Made by a program: the position numbers and the translations under genes. From Candidatus Aminicenantes bacterium (lineage in GTDB: Bacteria > Acidobacteriota > Aminicenantia > Aminicenantales > Aminicenantaceae), in assembly GCA_021162615.1 (NCBI GenBank), contig JAGGYH010000100.1:6065-70064 (forward strand): DNA of 64,000 bases, given 5' to 3'. The notes under the pieces were generated by a model. The model was not told the DNA's origin and ran no database searches. It saw only the letters and a program-made list of their open reading frames with translations. Below are positions 26,776 through 35,535 of the stretch, in pieces (positions within the stretch are counted from its first letter, which is position 1; each line of letters begins with the position of its first letter).

Positions 26776-29370
26776 TCAGTCGGATTGAGGATAGAGCATG
26801 GCATTCAGCAGGAATTTGTAGGAACCGTGAGACTGGGCTCTGTGCTGACAGCGGATTCCTATTAGGATGAGATGGCCTTTTTTGTATGTAACATCAACCA
26901 CAGCAGGACTCCGGCTTATGGTGTCCTCACCAAGAAGCCAGCCGCTGAGAAGGACATCTTTCTTGGGGTAGCTGGCTACGACGGTTCTGTCCCATTCGAT
27001 ACCAGGAGTATTGGTCCGAAAAGCAAGACTTCTGGAAAAGACAACGGCTGTTTCTTTATTCATTCCGTAACCTATGGGTGTTTTTGGATCAACATTTACT
27101 TTCAGTATAGATGTCGGGCAGAAGAACTTGTCCCTGGATACACCATCAAGAGTATTGGATACAGGCGGTTTGAATTCCTGAATAGCCAGCTTGCAGGCAT
27201 CGTTCAAAGTGACGAGGATTCCTCCCTCAGAAACAAAGGTCTTTAAAGCCTCGACGCCTTCTTTGCCGATTCCTCCCTCATATTCCGGAGGGCCTTCGGT
27301 ATAGTATCGGGAGTATCTTGAACCAGCACCTGGTTTTCCTGTTTTTATGATATCAGGGCTTTCACTGGCAAAGACGATTACATCGAATTTATCCTTTAGA
27401 TCAGCAGGCTTATCTTTTTTATCTTTGAAGTCTTTATTGTGAATGGTGGTGTAAGGGATTTCGAGGTCATCGAGAACATAACGGGTCCAGCCTTCATCCA
27501 TGTTTGATTTCCACGATTGGTAAAGAGCTATTCTTGGATTGGTTAACGGGTCTTTTTGTATATGTGATATATCACCTATGGGATAAGCTTTGACGTTCCA
27601 TTTTTCCAGAAGTGCCGGAAGTTCTTTTTGGACCTGGGGAGTGTTTTCAATCAAAAAGCTGCCAAAGCAGGTATGGAATCCATCTCCATTCACAGGTTCT
27701 TTTGAGCGATAAGCATTTGGACTTGTTTTGAGCAGAGAAAAGACCACCGAGTAAGAGGCGTTTTGTTTGGAATCCAAAACGATATATTTTGCATCTTCTG
27801 AAGGAACTTGGATTTCCGGGTCGGGGATCTCATCCACTCTGACAAGTTCTGTCTCAAACGGAGTGTCAATTTGTTCACAAGCCACTCCCATCTGGAGCGG
27901 GAGCGTCCAGCCGGCATTATCATACGGAGGTTCCGGAGGGCCCCCTGGATACTGCCTCATATCCGGGTATTCCTGTTTTTCAAGGAGCGATTGAGCGTAC
28001 GGCCTGTAGGGCTGGGACATAAGAACGACGAATGAACCTGCAGGGAAAAACTTGCCGTCTGCAATAAAGTCTTTTTGAGCCCTATGTATTTCGATTCCCC
28101 CTAATTTTAAGATCTCAAGCATACGCAGCGTTGTGGGATAGTCCCTTTGGTCTTTGGAGATAACAAAGGCAAACGGGTTGCCTTCTTCCCTTATCTCGAT
28201 TTCGTCCCTGCACATCTTATAAAAATTAAAGAGGAAGTCTTCTTTGTGGATGTAAGCTGTTTCAACCAGACTTTTGGACAGAGTGAGCTCGTAATCAACG
28301 ATATCTCTCAATCTCCACCATCCGCCCATCCATGGGTCCGGGAACTGCAGCCTTTTTTCCATATAGGAATCAGGGATTTCTGTCGGGTCTATATAAATCG
28401 GGGTTGCGACACGGACGGAAGCCATTTCACTGAGCAGCCCTATGCAGTTGTGGAGCCAGGAAGTATCATCACAGGCTCCGATCCACCAAGCCGTGAAGCT
28501 TCTTTCGTGCACCACGCCCTTGAATCCGTTTTTCTGGAGGTCATAGGCCATATTGGTTCCGCAGAGGGCCACGCCTCTCCAGAGAAGGGGATGTATGGTG
28601 GGAACAGGGGGGTTCATGAACGGAGGAATGAACAGACGGGCTCCGGTCGAACCCATTTGGTGTTCGTCGATATGGATCTGGGGAATCCAGTCATGATAAA
28701 GGACTTTTGTCACAGCTCTGGTTTCTTTAAGATTGAACATAAACCAGTCCCGGTTGTCATCATGGCCTGCATAGGGATGATAGAGCCAGGGCATACTCGA
28801 TCCTTCATGTTTCGTGCCCACCCATTTTCTGTACCATTCTGTCACCATCTGCTCTCCGTCGGGATTTGTGGATGGAACCAGAAGCACGATCACGTCTTTG
28901 AGAGCACTTTCCGAGTCAAAGGGCGTGTTTCCGGTGACCAGGTCATAGGCAAGCTCCATAGCCATCTGGGAAGAGGCGATTTCTGTTGAATGGATATTGC
29001 ATGTTAGAAGGAGAATGGCCTTTCCTTGCTTAGCAAGATTTTTTGCTTCCTCAGTGCTTAAACCTCTGGCATCTCTCAATCTTCTTGTTATTTGCGTGTA
29101 GGCATCCAGCTTGTCCATGTTATCTTCATCGGTTATTACAGCCATAATAATGGGCTTTCCTAGGGTGGATTTTCCGATGGTCAAAACCTGGATCCTGTTG
29201 GATTCTTCAGCCAGCTTTTTGAAATAGTCTGTTATCTGGGTATAATCAGCAAGTTTTCTGTCAGCGCCGACTTTATGGCCAAGGAATTCTTCCGGATGCG
29301 TCTGTGCGGAGAGCACAAACGGAAGAAGGAGTAAAGTGATACAAACAAAAACGATACATTTTTTACTCAT
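26776..29370 (-). CDS. secreted M14-like zinc carboxypeptidase family protein (large, multi-domain)
   Basis: ATG 29370 (MSKKCIVFVCITLLLLPFVLSAQ signal peptide) sits behind a GGAGGG SD. HxxE motif NIHSTEIAS. The ORF-track start 29463 is likely too long. Confidence 0.7.
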   Translation of the reverse strand: MSKKCIVFVCITLLLLPFVLSAQTHPEEFLGHKVGADRKLADYTQITDYFKKLAEESNRIQVLTIGKSTLGKPIIMAVITDEDNMDKLDAYTQITRRLRDARGLSTEEAKNLAKQGKAILLLTCNIHSTEIASSQMAMELAYDLVTGNTPFDSESALKDVIVLLVPSTNPDGEQMVTEWYRKWVGTKHEGSSMPWLYHPYAGHDDNRDWFMFNLKETRAVTKVLYHDWIPQIHIDEHQMGSTGARLFIPPFMNPPVPTIHPLLWRGVALCGTNMAYDLQKNGFKGVVHERSFTAWWIGACDDTSWLHNCIGLLSEMASVRVATPIYIDPTEIPDSYMEKRLQFPDPWMGGWWRLRDIVDYELTLSKSLVETAYIHKEDFLFNFYKMCRDEIEIREEGNPFAFVISKDQRDYPTTLRMLEILKLGGIEIHRAQKDFIADGKFFPAGSFVVLMSQPYRPYAQSLLEKQEYPDMRQYPGGPPEPPYDNAGWTLPLQMGVACEQIDTPFETELVRVDEIPDPEIQVPSEDAKYIVLDSKQNASYSVVFSLLKTSPNAYRSKEPVNGDGFHTCFGSFLIENTPQVQKELPALLEKWNVKAYPIGDISHIQKDPLTNPRIALYQSWKSNMDEGWTRYVLDDLEIPYTTIHNKDFKDKKDKPADLKDKFDVIVFASESPDIIKTGKPGAGSRYSRYYTEGPPEYEGGIGKEGVEALKTFVSEGGILVTLNDACKLAIQEFKPPVSNTLDGVSRDKFFCPTSILKVNVDPKTPIGYGMNKETAVVFSRSLAFRTNTPGIEWDRTVVASYPKKDVLLSGWLLGEDTISRSPAVVDVTYKKGHLILIGIRCQHRAQSHGSYKFLLNAMLYPQSD

Positions 29371-29484
29371 AATAAAATCCCTCCGTAAAATGATTTTGTT
29401 GTGAAAATATAATGACAATGGATTTGATTGAACATAGTTAATGCAAGACCTTTTTTCTATCACTTCTTTATCGGCATGTCAAGA

Positions 29485-29706
29485 TAATCCTGGTAATTCA
29501 TAAAATATGGTTGCGTTTCCAACACATTTACCATGATCGGCTCTCTTATCATTACTCCACCCGTCCGTGGGTCAAACATACTCACAGCTCGGCTTTGCCG
29601 AGTTCCCTCAAACACAGCACTCCGAAGGCTAAATCTTCAATGTCGCCACGACCACACCTGAATTTCAGTATGCCTTCTTCAAGCTCGACTCGTGAATAAC
29701 CAGGAT
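29485..29706 (+). mobile_element. Family-1 termini with a different internal cargo
   Basis: TAATCCTGGTAATTCATAAAATATGG ... CAAGCTCGACTCGTGAATAACCAGGATT. The interior is unrelated to the GC-rich core and contains hairpins such as CTCGGC-TTT-GCCGAG. Confidence 0.6.
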
Positions 29707-29747
29707 TGCATTCATACATACGATCAACCTTAAAGTTGTCTGGTTGG

Positions 29748-29776
29748 TTGACAAAATGGAGGTTTCACGTTACGAT
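29748..29776 (+). promoter_or_regulatory. candidate promoter of the SRP RNA gene (TTGACA-17-TACGAT)
   Basis: TTGACA 29748-29753, 17-nt spacer, TACGAT 29771-29776, about 30 nt upstream of the mature-looking 5' end. Confidence 0.4.
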
Positions 29777-29805
29777 TTTTATGGAAGCTGCGTGATCGCA
29801 TTTTA

Positions 29806-30081
29806 GGACCGTGCTAGATGGGGAGTTAGCGGTGCCCTGTAACTCACAATCCGCTAAAGTGAGGTTGAATTCCCTGCTGAGGCAGCCAGCTTTTTCTGGC
29901 CGGTACTTATGTAAGTGGTGTTGAAGGTATGGGCCCTGTGCAAAGTGCACTTTGTAAACCCCGTCAGGACCGGGAGGTAGCAGCGGTAGCAGAGTTGCTT
30001 CTTGTGCTGCAGGTTCGCCTTGCCAGAGCTAACTGCATAGGATACGCAGGGGAAGTTATGTCAAAGCCGGGTGCACGGTCC
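29806..30081 (+). ncRNA. ffs: signal recognition particle RNA, long Bacillus-type (with Alu domain)
   Basis: 5' GGACCGTGC pairs with 3' GCACGGTCC. Blocks recalled from B. subtilis scRNA are present: GGGGAGTTAGCGGTGCCCTGTA, CAATCCGCT, AAGTGGTGTTGA, GTCAGGACCGGGAGGTAGCAGC (domain IV), GAGCTAACTGC. A T7 run follows. About 276 nt. Confidence 0.9.
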
Positions 30082-30102
30082 TTTTTTTATGGGAACAGCA
30101 AA

Positions 30103-31008
30103 TCAGGTTCGTTTTGCTTCCTTCAGTTGTTTTAGTTTTGTTAGTATGACTTCAATTTCGTTTTTGACTGTGCTTCCGGGAGATGTGAGAGGAAGCCGGC
30201 AGGGGCCTCCATAATACCCAAGCAGGTCCAGAGCGTATTTTGCAGCGGCGATCCCATGCTGTTTTGTAACGGATTGGTTGAGAGGGACCAAGTCCAGTTG
30301 GAGTTTTTTAGCTTTCTCCCATTTTTTATCTTTATATAATTCGTATAATTTAGTGCAGAGACGAGGAACAACACTGGCAAGCCTCAATATCCCTCCGCTG
30401 GCTCCCATGATGAGTCCGGGGAAAATCAGGCTTCCTGCTCCGAGAAGGAATGATTTTTCCGGGCTGAGATAAGGGGAAACTTCTTCAAAAAAGATGAGGT
30501 TTCCCGAACTGTCCTTTAATCCGAGAATATTGGGATGTTTCAAAAGGCTTATGATAAGTTCCTTATCCACACTGATTCCTGTATTTTGAGGGATATTGTA
30601 TATGATTATGGAAATGCGGGATTTTTCTGCGACAGACAGATAATATTTTTTCAGTGCATCATGAGTCATGTCGGATTTGTAATAGTGAGGCGTACAGACA
30701 AGTGCGGCATCAGCCCCTGCATCCGCAGCCCTGTTTGTGAGATCAACCGTGTTTTTCACAGATTCACGTGCGGTTCCTGCTATGATTTTTATATCTTTTA
30801 ATGATGATTTTTTGGCTTCCCGGATAAGAGTGATGCATTCGTCATCAGATAAATAAGCTCCTTCTCCGGTCGAACCGGCAATGACATAGCCTGTAAGCCC
30901 GGTTGCGTTGTATTTATCTATATTTTCTCTTAATTTCTCAGGATAAACGCGCTCATCCTTAAAAGGAGTCGTCAGCGCAGCAATGATGCCTCTGTATGAT
31001 TCCCTCAT
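30103..31008 (-). CDS. dihydrodipicolinate synthase / N-acetylneuraminate lyase family aldolase (DapA-like)
   Basis: GSTGEGAYLS, TARES, YNIPQNTG and Schiff-base Lys context LKDSSG. 301 aa. Confidence 0.8.
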   Translation of the reverse strand: MRESYRGIIAALTTPFKDERVYPEKLRENIDKYNATGLTGYVIAGSTGEGAYLSDDECITLIREAKKSSLKDIKIIAGTARESVKNTVDLTNRAADAGADAALVCTPHYYKSDMTHDALKKYYLSVAEKSRISIIIYNIPQNTGISVDKELIISLLKHPNILGLKDSSGNLIFFEEVSPYLSPEKSFLLGAGSLIFPGLIMGASGGILRLASVVPRLCTKLYELYKDKKWEKAKKLQLDLVPLNQSVTKQHGIAAAKYALDLLGYYGGPCRLPLTSPGSTVKNEIEVILTKLKQLKEAKRT

Positions 31009-31023
31009 AATCCTATCCTCCTG

Positions 31024-31398
31024 TTAGTCAGTCTCGTTTTCTATTTCTCTCAATTCTTTATCGTCCTTACCAAAATAATGTCCTATCTCATGCCTCACAA
31101 CCTCTCTGACTTTTTCTTTGATTTCCTTTTCAGAGGAGCACACTTTTTCAATGGGTTTTTGGTAAATGGAGATGACGTCTGGGGGCACATTTCCGTAATA
31201 CGCTCCTCTTTTATTTATGGGAACTCCATGATACAGTCCCAGAAGGAGACCTCCACGGTCGATACCAAGCCGGCTGTAGACACCTTGAGGAGGATTGTCT
31301 TCCACGATAACGGTTATATTTTTCAGGTATTTTTTAAACTCTTTATGTATTTCAGAGAGAGCTTCTTCGACAAGGCGTTCGAAATTTTTTTTATCCAT
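31024..31398 (-). CDS. small zincin-like metallopeptidase family protein (DUF1025-like)
   Basis: 124 aa with HEIGHYFG near the C-terminus. Confidence 0.65.
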   Translation of the reverse strand: MDKKNFERLVEEALSEIHKEFKKYLKNITVIVEDNPPQGVYSRLGIDRGGLLLGLYHGVPINKRGAYYGNVPPDVISIYQKPIEKVCSSEKEIKEKVREVVRHEIGHYFGKDDKELREIENETD

Positions 31399-31425
31399 TT
31401 GCTAGTGCGAAAGTTCCACCGGCGG

Positions 31426-31956
31426 TTATCTTTCGATCCCGTCACGTGCTGTGATTTTTTTCGTGTAGTAGTGTTTGATTTCTTTCATTTCAGTCACCAG
31501 GTCAGCCCTTTTTATAAGAGAATCCGGCGCATATCTTCCTGTTAAAATCACTTCAATGTTTTCTGGTTTTTTATCAAGGAATTCATGGACTTTTTTTTCT
31601 TCAATAAGATTGAAATAAAGAGCAACGTTGATTTCATCCAGGATAATGATGTCATACAATCCTGAAAGCATGGCCTTTAAGCACGTTGTTAATCCCTTAT
31701 TGGCTTTTGCGATATCCTGTGGATCTGCGTCTTTGTTAACATGAATAAAAGCACTTCTTCCAAACTGTTTGATATCCACCAGGGGTTCCAGTCTTTTGAT
31801 GGCTGTGAGTTCTCCATATTTTTGTCCTTTTATGAACTGGCCGATAAAGGTCTTGTATCCGCGGCCGGCTGCTCTCAAAGCAAGCCCGAGCGCTGCAGTC
31901 GTTTTTCCTTTCCCATTTCCGGTGTATATCTGGATATAACCTTTGAATTTTTTCAT
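31426..31956 (-). CDS. cobO: cob(I)yrinic acid a,c-diamide adenosyltransferase (CobO/BtuR type)
   Basis: ATG 31956 (MKKFKGYIQIYTGNGKGKTTAALG P-loop) sits behind AAGGAAAGGG. The ORF-track extension to 32121 runs into the Family-2 repeat. Confidence 0.85.
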   Translation of the reverse strand: MKKFKGYIQIYTGNGKGKTTAALGLALRAAGRGYKTFIGQFIKGQKYGELTAIKRLEPLVDIKQFGRSAFIHVNKDADPQDIAKANKGLTTCLKAMLSGLYDIIILDEINVALYFNLIEEKKVHEFLDKKPENIEVILTGRYAPDSLIKRADLVTEMKEIKHYYTKKITARDGIER

Positions 31957-32018
31957 TCTTAAAACCCTTTCCTTTGATTTTCTATCATATTGGAATACAG
32001 CCTTATAGTCAATCATAA

Positions 32019-32246
32019 GGGGACATCCCATTAGGTACCACCCTATAGAATCCCACTTATGTACGCGGCTTACTGCCAGAATGCGATCTTCCCTTGCCCT
32101 GCCTCGTTGGAATCCACTCATATAGGGACTTTGCAGGATTACGGTGGTGTATTAAATGCAAACAGCTCGAAGGGAGAAAATCTGAAATATTTTTTAATAT
32201 CCAATGGATTCAGTAATATAGGGTGGTACCTAATAGAGCGTCCCCC
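32019..32246 (+). mobile_element. Family-2 palindromic element, copy 2
   Basis: GGGGACATCCCATTAGGTACCACCCTATA ... TATAGGGTGGTACCTAATAGAGCGTCCCC. Same orientation as copy 1. Confidence 0.75.
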
Positions 32247-32259
32247 ATTTATTTAACAT

Positions 32260-32288
32260 TTCACATTATACTATTTTTATAATATAAT
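32260..32288 (+). promoter_or_regulatory. candidate serS promoter (TTCACA-17-TATAAT) implying a leaderless or near-leaderless mRNA
   Basis: TTCACA 32260-32265, 17-nt spacer, TATAAT 32283-32288. The ATG is at 32296, only 7 nt after the -10, and there is no SD. Confidence 0.45.
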
Positions 32289-32295
32289 CGACCAC

Positions 32296-33567
32296 ATGCT
32301 GGATATTAAATTCGTTCAGGAAAACGCAGATTTGGTTAAGGAAAAAATATCAAGCCGCGGTGTAGACCTTGACCTTTCTGAGTTTCTCAAACTGGCTGAA
32401 GAAAAAAAGGAATATTTGGTTAAAATTGAGAAGCTTAGGTATGAATTGAACAAAAATTCAAAATTGATAGGAAGGATGAAAAGGGAAGGCACAGATGCGT
32501 CTTTATTGATAAAAAAGATGAAGCATGTGACGGATGAAATAAAGAAAAATAAGGATGAGTTCAAAGATATCGATGAAAGGATTAGGGATATTATGCTGGG
32601 TATTCCAAATATTCCTCACCCGTCCGTACCTGTTGGGAGGGATTCCTCTTTTAATAAGGAATTGAGAAAGTCAGGAACAAAGCCTGTGTTCGATTTTGAT
32701 CCCAAACCGCATTGGGAGATAGGGGAAAGCTTAGGGATCCTTGATTTTAAAAGAGCGGCTAAACTGGCTGGGGCCAGGTTTGCTGTTTACAAGGGGTTAG
32801 GCGCAAGATTGGAAAGAGCTTTGATAAATTTCATGATTGACATCCATTTAAGGGAAAATGAATTTGAGGAAGTGATTCCGCCCTTTATTTCAAATAAAGA
32901 GAGTCTTCTGGGAACAGGGAATCTTCCCAAGTTTGAAGAAGATCTGTTTAAACTGAAAGGATATGATTGGTATCTCATTCCCACTGCTGAGGTGCCGCTG
33001 ACGAATATGTTTCGTGATGAGATTATAGAAGCAGAATCACTCCCTAAAAGATATGTCGCGTATACTCCCTGCTTTAGAAGCGAGGCAGGTTCTTATGGAA
33101 AAGATGTTCGAGGACTCATAAGGCAGCATCAGTTTAATAAGGTCGAGTTGATGAGTTTTTCACTTCCGGAGAATTCTTACAAGGAACTGGAAAAAATCAC
33201 TTTGAATGCGGAGAAAGTGCTCAAAGAACTGAACCTTCATTATCGAGTCGTCAGTCTGTGTACAGGAGATCTGGGTTTTGCCGGAGCCAAGACATATGAC
33301 CTGGAAATCTGGATGCCCCACCGAAAAGACTATGTGGAGATCTCATCCTGCACGAATTGTGAGGATTTTCAAGCGAGGCGGGCCAATATCCGGTTTCGAA
33401 GGAACAAAAAGTCCAGGTCCGAGTATGTGCATACTCTTAATGGTTCTGGAGTGGCTGTGGGCAGGACGGTCAGCTCTCTTCTTGAATCTTATCAGCGGGA
33501 AGACGGAAGTGTGAGGATTCCGGAAGCCCTTCACTCATATATGGGTGGAGTTACAGAGATAGCCTGA
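32296..33567 (+). CDS. serS: serine--tRNA ligase
   Basis: [10 protein letters not shown] start, coiled-coil tRNA-binding arm, class II motifs ([16 protein letters not shown]). 423 aa. Confidence 0.95.
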   Translation: MLDIKFVQENADLVKEKISSRGVDLDLSEFLKLAEEKKEYLVKIEKLRYELNKNSKLIGRMKREGTDASLLIKKMKHVTDEIKKNKDEFKDIDERIRDIMLGIPNIPHPSVPVGRDSSFNKELRKSGTKPVFDFDPKPHWEIGESLGILDFKRAAKLAGARFAVYKGLGARLERALINFMIDIHLRENEFEEVIPPFISNKESLLGTGNLPKFEEDLFKLKGYDWYLIPTAEVPLTNMFRDEIIEAESLPKRYVAYTPCFRSEAGSYGKDVRGLIRQHQFNKVELMSFSLPENSYKELEKITLNAEKVLKELNLHYRVVSLCTGDLGFAGAKTYDLEIWMPHRKDYVEISSCTNCEDFQARRANIRFRRNKKSRSEYVHTLNGSGVAVGRTVSSLLESYQREDGSVRIPEALHSYMGGVTEIA

Positions 33568-33613
33568 TATTTTGCGAATCTGAAGTAAAAATGTTAGACT
33601 ATTGTCTTTTTGT

Positions 33614-33700
33614 GGAGGGATGGCCGAGCGGCTGAAGGCGGCGGTCTTGAAAACCGCTTCACGAGGAATCGTGACGGGGGTTCGAATCCCTCTCCCTCCG
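33614..33700 (+). tRNA. tRNA-Ser (anticodon UGA)
   Basis: Acceptor GGAGGGA/TCCCTCC, anticodon stem GCGGT/ACCGC with loop CTTGAAA, long variable arm, T-loop TTCGAAT. Confidence 0.9.
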
Positions 33701-33720
33701 TTTAAATATGACTCCCAATG

Positions 33721-33870
33721 AACCTGAATCATTCACAAGTCGAGGTTACTGTGTTATTGCAAACGGCCGCAAGGGAGTGCGGCAATCTCATTGTGACAAG
33801 GGAGCATCATGAGATAACCACGTCGCTGCGCTCCTCATGATGGTGTTGTGTTAGAACCTTGAAACCAAGT
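33721..33870 (-). mobile_element. Family-1 right terminus (reverse orientation) followed by a third, hairpin-rich cargo; far boundary uncertain
   Basis: AACCTGAATCATTCACAAGTCGAGG, then CCGCAAGGGAGTGCGG and CATCATGAG..(17 nt)..CTCATGATG hairpins. It begins 21 nt after tRNA-Ser. Confidence 0.5.
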
Positions 33871-33878
33871 TAGGAGAC

Positions 33879-33896
33879 ATCTGTTTAAAAACAGAT
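33879..33896. terminator. palindrome ATCTGTTT-AA-AAACAGAT between tRNA-Ser and the convergent lipid kinase gene
   Basis: AT-rich 7-8-bp stem, 3 nt beyond the stop of the minus-strand gene. Possible bidirectional terminator, but weak. Confidence 0.3.
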
Positions 33897-33898
33897 AA

Positions 33899-34822
33899 TC
33901 ATCCAAGGATTTTTATGGCAGAGGAAAGGGCCGAGACTTTAAATTCTTTGATCCCTGAAATGACTTTCCCGTCATATTGGACGCTCATGGGCTCATGGGA
34001 TTTAACCGTGAAGTCTTTACTGCGGAAAAATTGGATTTCCTTTCTTTTGACATGTTTTCCCCTCAATACAAGGTATGCCAGTTTTGTTGTTTGAAGAAGA
34101 GATGTGCTGCTGACAATACTGCAGTTTATTTTTCCGTCAAAAGGGGATGTGTCCGGACAGACTCTCAGACCCCCTGCATAACAGGGAACATTGGAAAATA
34201 TGATGATAGAGAAAGCGACCTCGGTTTCAAAGTTTTCCCCTGACAGCCTTATTTTCAAGGGGATTTTGTTTTTTTTGAAAGAATCCCTTCCCCCTAAAAA
34301 TCCGGCCATCACCTGAAACCCTTTCCCAAGTTTTGCCTGCACGGGATGGCGTTTCCAGTATTCGGATATGAATTGATTTATGGTAACTCCCAATCCAAGG
34401 CTTAACGAACCCACGAAATATATTTTTTCAGATCTTCCCTTTATATCAAGGAGACAGATATCCATCCTATGTGTTTTGCCCTCTTTTAAAGAAGCAAGAA
34501 TGGATTTAGAGGAACAGCTGTCCAATGATTTGGCTATGTCATTTGCTGAGCCTGTAGGGATCATGCAAAGAGCCGGATTATATGGAGTTTTATAGATTTC
34601 AGAAGCAACGATCTGGAAGGATGTATCTCCGCCCACGATCATAATGACCTGGAATGATTCGGCTTTTTCTCTGGCAAGCTGCATGAGATGGTTTTCCGAT
34701 TCAGAATCAAACCACTTAAAGGATAGGGAGTTTTTTTTTAAATTTTCCTTTATACATTCCTTTTTTTTTAAAGACAGGCCTCGCCCGGAAGAAGGATTGA
34801 AGAGGATAGCGACTTTATCCAT
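33899..34822 (-). CDS. diacylglycerol/lipid kinase family protein (YegS/BmrU-like)
   Basis: NPSSGRG N-terminus, GGDTS (GGDGT-like) motif, ~300 aa. Confidence 0.75.
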   Translation of the reverse strand: MDKVAILFNPSSGRGLSLKKKECIKENLKKNSLSFKWFDSESENHLMQLAREKAESFQVIMIVGGDTSFQIVASEIYKTPYNPALCMIPTGSANDIAKSLDSCSSKSILASLKEGKTHRMDICLLDIKGRSEKIYFVGSLSLGLGVTINQFISEYWKRHPVQAKLGKGFQVMAGFLGGRDSFKKNKIPLKIRLSGENFETEVAFSIIIFSNVPCYAGGLRVCPDTSPFDGKINCSIVSSTSLLQTTKLAYLVLRGKHVKRKEIQFFRSKDFTVKSHEPMSVQYDGKVISGIKEFKVSALSSAIKILG

Positions 34823-34918
34823 TTTGGTTCATGATTATAACACAGTTTGAAGCCTGAAGAAAAAGATGGTGGCTGAGAGTTAAGGCTTTATACCTTTATG
34901 TTTTATAAGGGGGAGAGC

Positions 34919-34943
34919 TTTTTTTATGAGTAGGTCAGGTTAA
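34919..34943 (-). repeat. Family-1 left terminus (reverse); may close a ~115-bp element starting near 34829
   Basis: TTTTTTATGAGTAGGTCAGGTTAA. The stop codon (34940-34942) of the DUF2061-like gene lies in the TTAA. Confidence 0.5.
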
Positions 34944-35263
34944 TCTATATAGCCTAGATCTTTCAACTTTTTAACAATGATCTCCCTGTCCTTGGGGTCC
35001 AGCTTGCGGTTTACAGGAATATCGGATAAGGGATGGTCTTTTTTCCCCCATTTGATCTTGTTCCACATTCTTTCATGAATATAGTAGAGAAGAATCTTTG
35101 CAACGACCTCGACGACTCCGACTCCTATGGAAAGGAATATTTCTTTTGTGAAGAAATAAACGATCAGCATGGTTGTGAGGGTCGCAACAACGCGCCAGGA
35201 GATGGATTTGAACACACTTCGCGTGTGATCTATGACATCGATCCTGCGGTTCGATTTTGGCAT
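34940..35263 (-). CDS. small membrane protein, DUF2061-like
   Basis: 107 aa with SISWRVVATLTTMLIVYFFT and a second hydrophobic helix typical of DUF2061. Confidence 0.5.
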   Translation of the reverse strand: MPKSNRRIDVIDHTRSVFKSISWRVVATLTTMLIVYFFTKEIFLSIGVGVVEVVAKILLYYIHERMWNKIKWGKKDHPLSDIPVNRKLDPKDREIIVKKLKDLGYID

Positions 35264-35339
35264 ATTTTAATCCTCTCATCCATTATACAAATAAATAATG
35301 AAATTGCAACGAAATTCATGGTGACTTGGGCTCCTTTTG

Positions 35340-35367
35340 GAATCATCCTTTAACATGACTTATTCAT
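35340..35367 (+). repeat. solo Family-1 left terminus upstream of tRNA-Ser(GCU)
   Basis: TTAACATGACTTATTCATAAAAAAATGG. Confidence 0.55.
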
Positions 35368-35406
35368 AAAAAAATGGTAGAATATTTTGGCGTTTATGGA
35401 ACAAAC

Positions 35407-35500
<94 letters not shown>

Positions 35501-35535
35501 CTCTTTTCATTAAAGTCCTCGGAAAAGGGATCAGA

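Noticed and set aside
28147-28989. 280-aa ORF antisense to the M14 peptidase gene; similar long antisense ORFs at 22256-22795, 18243-18719, 17196-17576 and 45693-46190.
   Set aside because: These are shadow ORFs inside well-supported genes on the opposite strand, with odd composition (Ser/Pro/Arg/His-rich) and no motifs or SD.
31957-32121. N-terminal extensions in the ORF track: cobO to 32121, M14 peptidase to 29463, argS to 42541, gltX to 15044, ABC ATPase to 452, ABC permease to 1257.
   Set aside because: The extensions run into repeat elements or upstream genes, or use TTG starts. Internal ATGs preceded by SD-like sequences give canonical N-termini (P-loop, signal peptide, HIGH region).
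32019-32246. T-box riboswitch leader upstream of serS (and 14779-15010 upstream of gltX), suggested by TAGGGTGGTACC and the aaRS context.
   Set aside because: The match covers only the first part of the T-box and is the mirror image of the element's own left terminus. The entire ~230 nt is conserved between a Glu and a Ser gene. No terminator U-run or obvious specifier difference is visible. A consensus serS promoter lies downstream of the element. It is kept as an alternative to test in the findings.
33535-33732. 65-aa minus-strand ORF.
   Set aside because: It overlaps tRNA-Ser(UGA) completely and is an artefact of the GC-rich tRNA sequence.
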